A stretch of 62,997 nucleotides of DNA, counting the filler, from an uncultured Methanosarcinales archaeon (GTDB taxonomy: Archaea > Nanobdellota > Nanobdellia > Woesearchaeales > CAIVOO01), in assembly GCA_964485195.1 (NCBI GenBank). It is 3 parts of 3 records of this genome, joined end to end, with 100 filler letters (N's around TTAATTAATTAA, not from the genome) between each part and the next. Parts side by side here need not be neighbours in the genome. Positions count along the whole stretch, not along the records: positions 1 to 27,463 come from CAZAIK010000009.1; positions 27,564 to 50,313 come from CAZAIK010000010.1; 1 more part is not named here. The stretch is one strand, 5' to 3'. The position numbers were made by a program, and so were the translations under genes. The notes under the pieces are model-generated. The model was not told where the DNA came from and did not search any database. It saw only the letters and a program-made list of their open reading frames with translations. This document shows positions 20,342 through 29,566 of this stretch, piece by piece (the stretch's first letter is position 1; the number at the start of each line of letters is the position of its first letter).

Positions 20342-20590
20342 CCAATATTGCCTACTTTTTATTAAAAAAATGTTTTTCAAGTTCTTGCATTAGCCTTGCT
20401 TCTTTTAAAATTGCCTTTTCGCTTGAACTGCCACGCAAGAAAGATATTAACCGCTGAATGCAAAATCGCCATCTGCAAAAATAATTTTTTAAGCAACTCT
20501 GACAATATAGCGAAAGGATGTTTAAAGTAACAAGGTTAAGAGTTGCCTGTTAATTATTTCTTTATTTTTTAATAGCAGAATTAACTTTCA

Positions 20591-21397
20591 TTACAGCTTG
20601 CCTTCAACAATCTCCCCCATCTTGTCAACGAACTCCTGGGCGTCAGCGAGGTATTTTGAATATTCCTCCCCTGAAACCTCCTTTATCTCCCTGTGGATTA
20701 TCTTCTTGTAAAGGTCGTAAAGGGTTCTCATTATGTGAACATATTTCATGTTCAGCCCCAGGGGCACGAGCTTTTCCTCAAGCATGTCAGAAACGTGACC
20801 CGGTGTCGGGGGAATTTCCCCCTTTTTCATCAGCGCTGCGTGGCCTGAGTCAATTGCTGCCCAGTAGAGGTCAACTGCTGCCTGCATTATGTGCCACTTG
20901 GAATTGTGAAGCGTCGTTGGCGCCCTTACATAGTATGACCAGATTGCCTCGCCAGTGGGCCTGATTCTTCCCCTCAACAGCAGGACCTGCAGGGGGTCAA
21001 AAAAGCCTGTGTCTATCAGCGCAACCCCATCCCTCAGTATGTTTATCGCGACAGGGTCGCCTGCCCTCACATATTCCCAGAAGGAAGTGAATTTCAATGT
21101 TGTGACGTGAAGCTTCTGGCTGATGTCCGCTATCTGCTTCTCCACCACAACCCTGTAGGTTTCAATAAGCTCGGGAGTAAGCTTCACAGTTACATCGTCA
21201 ACGATTATCAACACATCAATGTCTCCGTGCGGTCTGCTGAACTCCCTGGCTATGCTTCCGAAAAGAACTGCCGCCCTTATGAAATTGCCCATCTCATCAT
21301 ACATTCTCTTGACGAATTTCCTGGCAGTCTCAACTTCCTCCTTAGAATACTTGGTCAGGTGAGGATGCTCCTCCTTTTGCGGTATCTTGATTTCCAT
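20591..21397 (-). CDS. minimal nucleotidyltransferase (MNT) fused to a HEPN-like helical domain
   Basis: LFGS...DIDVL motif; C-terminal DLYWA..GHAAL..H..V..YKKIIH pattern. Confidence 0.85.
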   Translation of the reverse strand: MEIKIPQKEEHPHLTKYSKEEVETARKFVKRMYDEMGNFIRAAVLFGSIAREFSRPHGDIDVLIIVDDVTVKLTPELIETYRVVVEKQIADISQKLHVTTLKFTSFWEYVRAGDPVAINILRDGVALIDTGFFDPLQVLLLRGRIRPTGEAIWSYYVRAPTTLHNSKWHIMQAAVDLYWAAIDSGHAALMKKGEIPPTPGHVSDMLEEKLVPLGLNMKYVHIMRTLYDLYKKIIHREIKEVSGEEYSKYLADAQEFVDKMGEIVEGKL

Positions 21398-21400
21398 TTC

Positions 21401-21662
21401 GCCTCTTTGAACGTTAGTGAAAAGAGACCAGCAAATCCGTGATTTGCGCTGCCTCTTNNNNNNNNNNNNNNNNNNNNNNNNNNNNNNNNNNNNNNNNNNN
21501 NNNNNNNNNNNNNNNNNNNNNNNNNNNNNNNNNNNNNNNNNNNNNNNNNNNNNNNNNCTCTTTGAACGTTAGTGAAAAGAGACCAGCAAATCCGTGATTT
21601 GCGCTGCCTCTTTGAACGTTAGTGAAAAGAGACCAGCAAATCCGTGATTTGCGCTGCCTCTT
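21401..21662. repeat. tandem 50-bp repeat (at least 3 copies, spans a 100-N gap) with internal hairpins
   Basis: unit GCCTCTTTGAACGTTAGTGAAAAGAGACCAGCAAATCCGTGATTTGCGCT at 21401-21450, 21558-21605 (partial) and 21606-21655. Confidence 0.85.
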
Positions 21663-21746
21663 CAATTGTGTTTTTGGATTAATATTTTTATATCTTTTCC
21701 TTTATTCAGTTTATTTGATACTGTTTTCTGCCTGCTTACCCTAGCA

Positions 21747-23579
21747 TTATTCCATCCTGGTCTGGCTCCACAAGGTCCAGTCCTCTGAGGGCACCACATC
21801 CCCCACAAGGTAGTTGGGGCCTGCTGTCCTTCCTGCATACACTGAGGTGCTGGCAATCCATCTGTCCATGCTTTCCCAGGGAGCCATTGCCGAATAAATG
21901 GATGAGCCGAAATGCTCCCACGCCCCCAGCAATGCCTGTATGTCCTGGTGGGCGGGCTCCACAACAACATCCTCCACATCTGCCTTTTTTAGTTCCTCCA
22001 CAAACTCCTTAACAGGAACAATTCCCTGCCCTGGCGTGACGTGCTCGTCATAATACCCGAAATTGTCTGAGATATGAGCCCTGCCGATGACTTTTGACTT
22101 CAATAAGTCCTTCACCTGGTCCATCGCCCATTTCTTGAATTCCTTGTTGGTCTTTTCTATGTCAGCAGGGTCAGAGCCCTTGAAAAACCTTCTCCAGGTG
22201 TAGGCGTGGCCTATGTCAAAGGTTGCCTTTACGTGGTCCTCTGCTATCTTTTTGGCCCTTTCCTCTGCAAATCCCCTGGTTTTCAGCTTGTCTGCCATTG
22301 CCTTTCTCGATTCAATAATGAGCTTCTTCAGCTCCTGGGGGTGGCTTCCGTAGCCGCTCTCCGGAAAGATGTTTTCAGGGGAGATGTAAAGGGACTTTTT
22401 CAGGTTCTTCATCTGCTCAACATCATAAGCATACATTGCCATTTCTGAAACAGCGTTGGCCGTCCTTTTCAGCCCAACTTCCTCCACCGGCTTTATTCTT
22501 TTGATGTCCTCCCTTGCTGATTCCACGCTTTGGGATGATGAAGCAGATATCTCCTCTGCCCAGTCTATCTCCCTCTGGGCCACCCTCATCTGCTTTTCAA
22601 AGAATTCTGTTATGGATGTGCCTTCAGGAATTTTCCTTTCCACGCTTCTTTCAAATGATGACCTTAAGATGCCCTGCTTTTCCTTGGGGGTTCTTTTTTC
22701 AAGCTCCGCCCAGTATTCCTTCCTGGACTTTAACTCGTCATATTCCTTTCTTGCAATTTCAGCCTGCTTTGCAAACCTCACTGCCTCTGCGTGGTGTCTC
22801 TTTAGGTTTGCATCATTCATGTAAGTTATGAGCGCCCGTTCCTCGGGCATCTCAGGGTGGTCTCTCTTTGCCCTTTCCAACAATTCCTCATAACCAAGCC
22901 TCTCCATTTTTATTGTTCCATCCTCATTATACTTGTAGTTTCCCTCTTCATCCGCATAAGGCTGAGTCACTTCAAGGTCTTTGGGGATTCCTGTCAGCTG
23001 TCCTGTTTTCTCGTCAACAGCATAGATTACTCCTTTTTCCTTCTCTCCGGGGTATCCCTCAAACCTTCCCTTGTATTCATCTGCCTTTTCAGCCTCTGCA
23101 AAAGGCCTGTGCCACTCCCCTGTATGCACCACAATAGGGCCTCCTCTTGCAGTGTCTGCTGCGAACTCTATTGTTCTCCTTATCTCGTTGACAACATTCT
23201 GCTGGTGCTCATCTGAGAACTTCCCCTGCTGCGGGTTGAACCCTGAAGCTCCCACTGCGCCGGGAGCAGCGTGTGTTGTAAGCTCAATCCTGTTCACCTT
23301 TGCCAGATCCCTTATGGCTTCCCTTTCTTCCCTGCCGTACATTTCAGGGGTGATTGCGCCCTGCTGCATGCTTCCCTTTCCCATCCCCATAAAGCCAAGC
23401 TCAACCTTTGAAGCTCCCTGAAAAATCCTTGCCTTGAGGCTTTCAAGCTGTTCCCTCATGGGAGGCGTGGAAATTCCTATCTTGTTCAGGGGCATTTCCT
23501 GCGCGCCCACCTGCATTGGCTCGTAACCCCTGTCCATTCCAGATGAATAGTCACCTCCGAAAACATAGTAGCCTGCCAT
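21747..23579 (-). CDS. xylose isomerase / AP endonuclease 2-like TIM-barrel protein with a large coiled-coil insertion
   Basis: metal-ligand set TTHA, VVHTGE, PEN, DIGH, HISDN, DEH, VEP; roughly 200 aa charged helical insert. Confidence 0.8.
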   Translation of the reverse strand: MAGYYVFGGDYSSGMDRGYEPMQVGAQEMPLNKIGISTPPMREQLESLKARIFQGASKVELGFMGMGKGSMQQGAITPEMYGREEREAIRDLAKVNRIELTTHAAPGAVGASGFNPQQGKFSDEHQQNVVNEIRRTIEFAADTARGGPIVVHTGEWHRPFAEAEKADEYKGRFEGYPGEKEKGVIYAVDEKTGQLTGIPKDLEVTQPYADEEGNYKYNEDGTIKMERLGYEELLERAKRDHPEMPEERALITYMNDANLKRHHAEAVRFAKQAEIARKEYDELKSRKEYWAELEKRTPKEKQGILRSSFERSVERKIPEGTSITEFFEKQMRVAQREIDWAEEISASSSQSVESAREDIKRIKPVEEVGLKRTANAVSEMAMYAYDVEQMKNLKKSLYISPENIFPESGYGSHPQELKKLIIESRKAMADKLKTRGFAEERAKKIAEDHVKATFDIGHAYTWRRFFKGSDPADIEKTNKEFKKWAMDQVKDLLKSKVIGRAHISDNFGYYDEHVTPGQGIVPVKEFVEELKKADVEDVVVEPAHQDIQALLGAWEHFGSSIYSAMAPWESMDRWIASTSVYAGRTAGPNYLVGDVVPSEDWTLWSQTRME

Positions 23580-23581
23580 TT

Positions 23582-24136
23582 TTACATCATGGTCTCGTAT
23601 TTCTTTATCTGCTCCAGCGCTGTTTTTGCCTTCATAATGTTTATCCTTTTTGTGTCATCATTGACATAAGCTGCCTGCACAGTTGAAACACTTGAAAATT
23701 CTCCTTGGTAAAAGTCAATTGCCTTTCTTTCCTCTTCTGACAAACGGCCTTCCGCTGCCCTGTCCCTTAATTCCCTTATCCTGTCATAGGTGTCAGGGGT
23801 TGCTATTTCATAAACCCTTCTGATTTCCTCTAATGGAGCGCCGTATTGTGCCTTTGCAGCTTCCGCTTCCTCAGCGCCTTCCTGCGCCTCCTCAACAATG
23901 TTCTCAAGCTCCTCGCCTGCCTCTTCCTCCGCCTTCTCTTCCAGCAGCTCCCTGCTTTTCTCCTCTATCTCCCGCTCGGTTTCCTCTTTTTTCTCCAGCT
24001 CCTTTTCTGTTCCCCGTATCAAGTCCTCGGCTCTTTCTATCTCTTGCTTCCTTTTCTCCTCAAACCTTTTCAGTATTTCCATCCTTTTTTCAGGCGGGAG
24101 CTTTCTCAGTTCCTCCACAGTTATTTTCTTTGCCAT
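23582..24136 (-). CDS. acidic coiled-coil protein
   Basis: E-rich and helical; TAATG overlap with the upstream gene. Confidence 0.8.
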   Translation of the reverse strand: MAKKITVEELRKLPPEKRMEILKRFEEKRKQEIERAEDLIRGTEKELEKKEETEREIEEKSRELLEEKAEEEAGEELENIVEEAQEGAEEAEAAKAQYGAPLEEIRRVYEIATPDTYDRIRELRDRAAEGRLSEEERKAIDFYQGEFSSVSTVQAAYVNDDTKRINIMKAKTALEQIKKYETMM

Positions 24137-25698
24137 TACCAGGATAAAAAGCCGTGTGCCTTTTTGTAATTCTTGTAAGTCTGATATAGTGAAAAGCCGA
24201 TTGCACTTTTTGCGCTTTCTTTCTCCTTCTCCTTTTCAAAAGCGGTTTTTTCCTCTTTCTTGCTTTCCCTTCCCAGGCTTGGGATCAATCCTGAGAACAA
24301 TTCCTTGAATCCGCCGAACAATGCAGTGAAGGGCTCAAGCATTGTCTCTTCCTCTCTTTTCTTTTCCTTTTTCTCTTTTTTCTTCTTCTCCTCGCCTGCC
24401 TCCTTCTCCTCAAGCTCAAGATACTCCTTTAATTCGTCCCCCAATGCGTCCATCGCCTCTGCTATTGTCTCGTCTATGGTGGAGATGAGCTCCAGGTCCT
24501 CGGCTTCCCTGTATTTCCTGTAGTTTTCAATCTGCTTGCCGGTCCACACATAAGAGCGCATAACAACTTCAACCTGGCCTATGTGTATGGGACCCCTCTG
24601 ATAGCCCTCTGCCATGAATGACATCTGGGGCATTGTCCTGTAATTGAAAGTCACCAAAATTACAGGATGAAAATCCCCTTCCGCAGGCTTGTAGCACAAA
24701 AATTCCAGCTCAATCTTTGAGGTTTCAAAGGCAGCTGTAATCTCCGCGCTCTCAAGGTTTTTCGCGCCCATCCCAAGGCGCCTTACTGTCTTGAGATACG
24801 GCTTTGCCCAGTTCATGTAAAGCTTTATGGTATTGTAATGCTGCTTGAGGTATTTCAGCATAAATGACCTTCTGGTTTTCAGCTCCCTCTCAGTCTTTTC
24901 CTTCCAGGTGTAGTACTGGTAAAGCTTTCTTACCAGAACTTCCTTTACCTTCTCATTAAACCCCGTGAGTTTCTTCACTTCTTCAGTCACGTGCTCCGCA
25001 TCCTTTGCCTGCACCCTGAAAAAAAGGTCCGGCAGAATTGTGAAGCCTACCTGCTGGGCCAGCCCGTAAATGGAAGCAGGATTCTTCGCGCCTCCCTCAA
25101 CAAGGTCAACCCACTGCCCTTTAAGTGATATTTCCGCAGTCCTTCCCTTGTCTCCCGGCTTCCTGCTGTCATCATAATACTTTATCTTCTCATTGAGAAC
25201 CCTTATTTCCCTCACAATCTGGAACAATTGCTTCACTAATTCGCTCACCCCCCTCAGATATTGTGAGGCCTTTTCCTGCTGCTGTGCAAGCCTGTACTGC
25301 ATGGTGCCCCCGATGGCTGACATTTCCGAAGCTGTGAAAATATCTGAAACCTTGATTACTCCGGGAAATCCCTGGTCCACCTTGAGATGGTGCAAAAGCC
25401 AGAAATAGGGCTCCTCCACAGAGGCGTTGGGGCTTTCGTATATGAACCTGTAATAATTGGAGGGATTTGGATAGTCGGTCTCAACCTTTGGCTTCAGCCT
25501 GATAAGCTCTATCTTCTCATTGTCCGCGTATTCAGCAGCGTCAGAAGGGTCAAGGCTCTTTATGTATTTCTCATCGTCCTCCTCCCCTTCCTTTTTGCGT
25601 GACTCTTCCAGCTTTTTCTTCTTGCTCTTGTCTATGAAGCCGAACTGGGCCATCAGCTTTTTCTTCTCTTCCAGCTCCTTGTCTATCAATAACTCCAT
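24136..25698 (-). CDS. hypothetical helical protein (about 520 aa)
   Basis: GAGGTG SD; long ORF with aromatic-rich motifs and an amphipathic helix near the C-terminus. Confidence 0.85.
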   Translation of the reverse strand: MELLIDKELEEKKKLMAQFGFIDKSKKKKLEESRKKEGEEDDEKYIKSLDPSDAAEYADNEKIELIRLKPKVETDYPNPSNYYRFIYESPNASVEEPYFWLLHHLKVDQGFPGVIKVSDIFTASEMSAIGGTMQYRLAQQQEKASQYLRGVSELVKQLFQIVREIRVLNEKIKYYDDSRKPGDKGRTAEISLKGQWVDLVEGGAKNPASIYGLAQQVGFTILPDLFFRVQAKDAEHVTEEVKKLTGFNEKVKEVLVRKLYQYYTWKEKTERELKTRRSFMLKYLKQHYNTIKLYMNWAKPYLKTVRRLGMGAKNLESAEITAAFETSKIELEFLCYKPAEGDFHPVILVTFNYRTMPQMSFMAEGYQRGPIHIGQVEVVMRSYVWTGKQIENYRKYREAEDLELISTIDETIAEAMDALGDELKEYLELEEKEAGEEKKKKEKKEKKREEETMLEPFTALFGGFKELFSGLIPSLGRESKKEEKTAFEKEKEKESAKSAIGFSLYQTYKNYKKAHGFLSW

Positions 25699-25768
25699 AG
25701 GCACCTCTTTCAGGTAAATATAGCATATATTATTTAAAAAGGTTTCCCAGCAAAAAAGGATTCTTGTT

Positions 25769-26653
25769 TTAAAGCTTTCTCAGCGCCTTCACTCCTGAAG
25801 AAGTCTGAATCCTCACATTTGAGGCGGCGCTGTCAGAAGGGTCAACAAGCACAACACCATAAGTGTCAGAGCCATTAAAAACCCTCAAAGGAGAAGTTAC
25901 AGTTCCTGTCGGCTCGCAGGCAGGGATGACATTGGAAGTGCCGTCATAAACCCTAATGCCGCAGTCAACATAAGGAGGGAGAGGGTCAAGGGAAGTGCTC
26001 AGGGTTTTTGTGCAGTCACCAAGATAAAAACCTTCAATTGTTTTAGGAATATAGCCGGATTTGGTAAAGGTAACGTCATAGCTGCCATTAAGGGCCGGAC
26101 CAAGGGAATAACAGCCTTTCTTAAATTTAAAAGTGTCCGGCTGGTTAACAAGATTATAGCAGGGGTTTAGAGAAAAATCTCCGGTTACAGAACTGCCACC
26201 CCCGGTAAAGCTGTTCAAGATAATTTCCTCTGCATAATAAGAAGCTGACACAGCCACGCCTGATAATTTTTCACCAGTAACAGCATCGGTGACAGTCCCG
26301 TAAAAGCAGGTGGGATATGACTCGCCTGTTCTTGCGCTTAAAGAAGCGCTTACGTGTGTGTTATGCCCGCCTGAAACTGAAACAGAGGTTATTGTCTTAG
26401 GAAGATACCCTTGCTTGCTGAAGGTCACAATATATTCGCTGCCTGAATGAAGAGCTTGATGGAGATATGATCCGCCACAAGCCGCAGTTTTATGGCGAAC
26501 ATCCCCTCCGCCAAGATCAACCTGAACATCGGCCAATCCGGCATAGCAGTAATCAGGGGTGTAAACAATTCCACTAATATCCCCGAGTAACAGAGCTAAG
26601 GAGGTATTTAATAAGAATAAAAATATCACTAAAAAAACAACAACCTTTTTCAT
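25769..26653 (-). CDS. secreted protein with two carboxypeptidase-regulatory-like domains and a distinct C-terminal domain
   Basis: signal peptide; duplicated VTF.K.GY.PKTI; GTVTDAVTGEKLSGV. Confidence 0.8.
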   Translation of the reverse strand: MKKVVVFLVIFLFLLNTSLALLLGDISGIVYTPDYCYAGLADVQVDLGGGDVRHKTAACGGSYLHQALHSGSEYIVTFSKQGYLPKTITSVSVSGGHNTHVSASLSARTGESYPTCFYGTVTDAVTGEKLSGVAVSASYYAEEIILNSFTGGGSSVTGDFSLNPCYNLVNQPDTFKFKKGCYSLGPALNGSYDVTFTKSGYIPKTIEGFYLGDCTKTLSTSLDPLPPYVDCGIRVYDGTSNVIPACEPTGTVTSPLRVFNGSDTYGVVLVDPSDSAASNVRIQTSSGVKALRKL

Positions 26654-26659
26654 TTTGAA

Positions 26660-26956
26660 TCACTGACGCTTAACTTTCTTCTGCCTTAACAAAAGAACAA
26701 ATAACACCATTATCAAAATTATGTTAATAACAGACAAATAATCAAAGAATGACACCCCAACTTTTGCTTCCAGACTTTCAAACCTCTCTGACAAAACACC
26801 GGCGGGAATTGTTTCATGCACAACAAAATAAACTGTTCTGTTTTCATCCGCGTATGCAACATAAGGCTCAACGTCTTCAGGCAGGACACCTTCCTGAGCA
26901 AAAGCAAAACTGCAAAAAACAATAAATAATGAACCCAACAATAATACTTTTCTCAT
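26660..26956 (-). CDS. small protein with signal peptide and C-terminal TM
   Basis: two hydrophobic segments, basic tail. Confidence 0.7.
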   Translation of the reverse strand: MRKVLLLGSLFIVFCSFAFAQEGVLPEDVEPYVAYADENRTVYFVVHETIPAGVLSERFESLEAKVGVSFFDYLSVINIILIMVLFVLLLRQKKVKRQ

Positions 26957-26957
26957 T

Positions 26958-27425
26958 TTAGCCTGTGTCACTCCTTAACCAAATCATTCCAACTTCAGGA
27001 TTAACAGGATCGTCTGTCCTTGTCTCAATGACCAGCCCTCCCTCTGTTCTGGTCATTCCGCTGACCGTGACGTCCCCTGCTGCTGTAACAGTCTGGACAT
27101 CAGATGCGCCAGAAACAGACAAATCACCTGCTGCAGTAACCGACTGAAAATTTGATGCGCCGGATGTTGTCAAGTCATTGCCAACCGCAACATCATTCTG
27201 GAGATTTGCATTGCCCGAAACAACAAGGTTCTGAGGGAATGTGTAATCTGCGGTTAGAGCATTGCCAAATATTCCAGGCTCAACCTTTTCGGCAGGAATG
27301 CTTTCAATTTCAGCGCCTGAATGGCCCGGGTTGGGAACAACAGCAAGGGCAATTCCTGCAATTGCAAAAACCCCAATAAAGACTGCAAGGAGATAAAGAT
27401 GCCTCTTTTCTATGTTTATAATCAT
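26958..27425 (-). CDS. small secreted fibre-like protein (PNPGH motif, beta repeats)
   Basis: signal/TM then PNPGH; 17-aa repeats Q.VTAAGDL.VSG; DP..PEVGMIW tail. Confidence 0.75.
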   Translation of the reverse strand: MIINIEKRHLYLLAVFIGVFAIAGIALAVVPNPGHSGAEIESIPAEKVEPGIFGNALTADYTFPQNLVVSGNANLQNDVAVGNDLTTSGASNFQSVTAAGDLSVSGASDVQTVTAAGDVTVSGMTRTEGGLVIETRTDDPVNPEVGMIWLRSDTG

Positions 27426-27463
27426 TTTACCATATTCTTTTTATTTTCCTGTTTTTATATTTT

Positions 27464-27563
27464 NNNNNNNNNNNNNNNNNNNNNNNNNNNNNNNNNNNNN
27501 NNNNNNNTTAATTAATTAANNNNNNNNNNNNNNNNNNNNNNNNNNNNNNNNNNNNNNNNNNNN
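27464..27563. other. artificial contig linker
   Basis: N44-TTAATTAATTAA-N44, stops in all frames. Confidence 0.95.
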
Positions 27564-28245
27564 TATGCACAATCACTCCTTTTTTGCTTATCTCCAGGGG
27601 GTGTATGTCTTCGTCGTTCTTTACGCGCCTTAGCTTCCTTATGGTGAGGCTCCTGGAGAACTGCCCTCCCATTGACTCGTAGAGGATGTGGATTATTCCG
27701 TCGCATATGAACTCTGATACTGTGTCCCTGGAAAATGCATTCTCTGATGGGGTTTGAGAAATCACTAGCGTTGTGGTGTCTTTTATCTTTTTTAATTCGC
27801 TTGTGAAGTTGTAGATGAATTTTGCCACGGTGAGGTTTCCGTAATCATCCTGCTGGGGCAGTATGTTTATGGAAAGGCTTGAGATGGAGTCTATGACGAG
27901 GCGCTGGATCTTGAACTTGCTTATCACTTCCATTATTTCCTTGACCGTGCTGTTGGTGATGCTGCTTGCCGGTATTTCAAGAATCTTGATTTTTTTCTGC
28001 CCTTCCAGACTGTCAAGGTCCCATCCGAACTGCTGTGCCTGCTTTTTCAGGTCTTGTGCGTTCTCTTCAAACGTGACGTAGATTCCTTTTTCGTCAAACT
28101 CCACTGCCCCCCTGTACAGGAATTCCAGGGCGAATATCGTCTTGCCTGTTCCGGGTGTCCCGCTGAGAAGCACGGTGGAGCCCCTGGGAATTCCGCCTTG
28201 CACCAGCTTGTCAAATCCTTTAATGCCTGTTCTTGTCTTTTCCAT
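27564..28245 (-). CDS. single-domain KaiC/RAD55-like RecA-superfamily ATPase (3' end cut by the linker)
   Basis: TGIKGFD, GTPGTGKT, VTFEE, LVIDS, IRKLR. Confidence 0.92.
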
Positions 28246-28248
28246 CTT

Positions 28249-28551
28249 CTACATTTGAAACTTGTCCAGGGTGTAAATGAATATTATCTTGTTTCTTGTC
28301 TCTACTTTCTGGCACGACACTTCGCTGTTGAGCTTTATGCCTTTCCGGAATTCTTTCGGCACCAGGAAGTACTTGGTGGCTTCATTCTTGCCCCTGGCCG
28401 CGATGTTTGTCTTGACGTCCGAGTTCTTGTCTGAGAACAGATAAACTTCGTCTATGTGCCCTTTCAGCTGCAGGGCTTCTTCCTGGTCCAGGCTTACTGT
28501 GTATGTTATCTTGCTGTCTCCTGTGACCTTGGACCCTAATATTACCCCCAT
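28249..28551 (-). CDS. small protein coupled to the KaiC-like gene, possible AbrB-like fold
   Basis: TKYFLVPKEFRK resembles the AbrB/SpoVT IPK..R motif; 3 bp from the ATPase start. Confidence 0.65.
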   Translation of the reverse strand: MGVILGSKVTGDSKITYTVSLDQEEALQLKGHIDEVYLFSDKNSDVKTNIAARGKNEATKYFLVPKEFRKGIKLNSEVSCQKVETRNKIIFIYTLDKFQM

Positions 28552-28601
28552 TTTCCACAGAAAGGAGTTAATTGTGCAAATATTTAAAGGTTTTGGATAA
28601 C

Positions 28602-29420
28602 CTATCGGGGTTTTTTATTTTTAATAAATTTGCATAGCCTTGAGCAGAAGGTGTACATAATAATTCCCCCTATGACTGCCCCGAATATCACATAAAAGGC
28701 AACAGGAACGCTAAAAAAGGAGTTTTCCTTGCCTTTTTCTATTTTTGGAAGCTCCTTCATTACACTAAATTTTCCAAAGTAACTGTGAACAGGCGCATTT
28801 TCCTTGAATATTGTTATGTTTGCAAAATATTCCCCCACTCCCAAATCGTGAGGGATGGCGATCTCTTCATCTATGTTCTGCCCTCCTGTTATCTGAGAGA
28901 AGCTCTTCTCAAAGCTTTTCAGGGGTTTAGAATCATCAGAGAGCACGTTTCCAGCCAGCCTTAAGCTGATAGGAATGTTCCCGTAATTATTCAGGGAGAG
29001 CTTAATTCTCAAGGGCTTGCCTAACTGTGCATTCTCCATTAGTAATTGTTCTATCTCAAACCTTTCCACGAATGTGCGCGTGACGTTTATCAGGATGCTG
29101 ACTACGGGCTCGGTAATTACAGCTCCTGTGATTGGTGAAAACACAACTTCTTTTCCAAGCTTAAAATAAACTTTATGCTCTCCCAATTCTGCATCAGAGG
29201 GAGGAGAAGCGTATATCTTGAGTGTTGAATTGGACGTGTTCAAGCGTACCCAGTCCTTCACTTCACCTGTGATGGTTATATTGCGCTTGCTTTCTGACTT
29301 TAGTTCCAGTTCTTTCTCAACAATGCTTCCTGGCAGCACGTTGTTAAACACTATTTCGTGAGCCGACACAATATCCAGGAATAGCAGGAATATGAAAAGC
29401 AAAAAAACTTTTTTGTTCAT
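28602..29420 (-). CDS. secreted beta-sandwich protein with C-terminal TM anchor
   Basis: signal peptide, ITGAV motif, NNYGNI, C-terminal TM. Confidence 0.75.
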   Translation of the reverse strand: MNKKVFLLFIFLLFLDIVSAHEIVFNNVLPGSIVEKELELKSESKRNITITGEVKDWVRLNTSNSTLKIYASPPSDAELGEHKVYFKLGKEVVFSPITGAVITEPVVSILINVTRTFVERFEIEQLLMENAQLGKPLRIKLSLNNYGNIPISLRLAGNVLSDDSKPLKSFEKSFSQITGGQNIDEEIAIPHDLGVGEYFANITIFKENAPVHSYFGKFSVMKELPKIEKGKENSFFSVPVAFYVIFGAVIGGIIMYTFCSRLCKFIKNKKPR

Positions 29421-29566
29421 AACAAAAGATAGGAACTGGAAATTTTTATATTATGTTCCACCCATTATCCAGAAAACAGGAATAACCTACTGCAGGGAGG
29501 GAAGGGTGTTATCTCTATTGAAGATATCAATAAAATTTTCAAAGGGCTTTAAAAAAACAAGGTTAA

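Noticed and set aside
20591..21397. Active HEPN RNase toxin-antitoxin pair
   Set aside because: Domains are fused and the RxxxxH motif is degenerate
21401..21662. CRISPR array
   Set aside because: Units are identical head-to-tail with no unique spacers, and no cas genes are present
21414..21665. 83-aa ORF across the gap
   Set aside because: Made of repeat sequence and Ns
27464..27563. TTAATTAATTAA palindrome as a biological site (also at 50358-50369)
   Set aside because: Identical N44-flanked all-frame stop linker at both places; an assembly artefact
27564..28245. Circadian clock KaiC
   Set aside because: Single domain, no CII Ser-Thr phosphosite pair, no kaiA or kaiB
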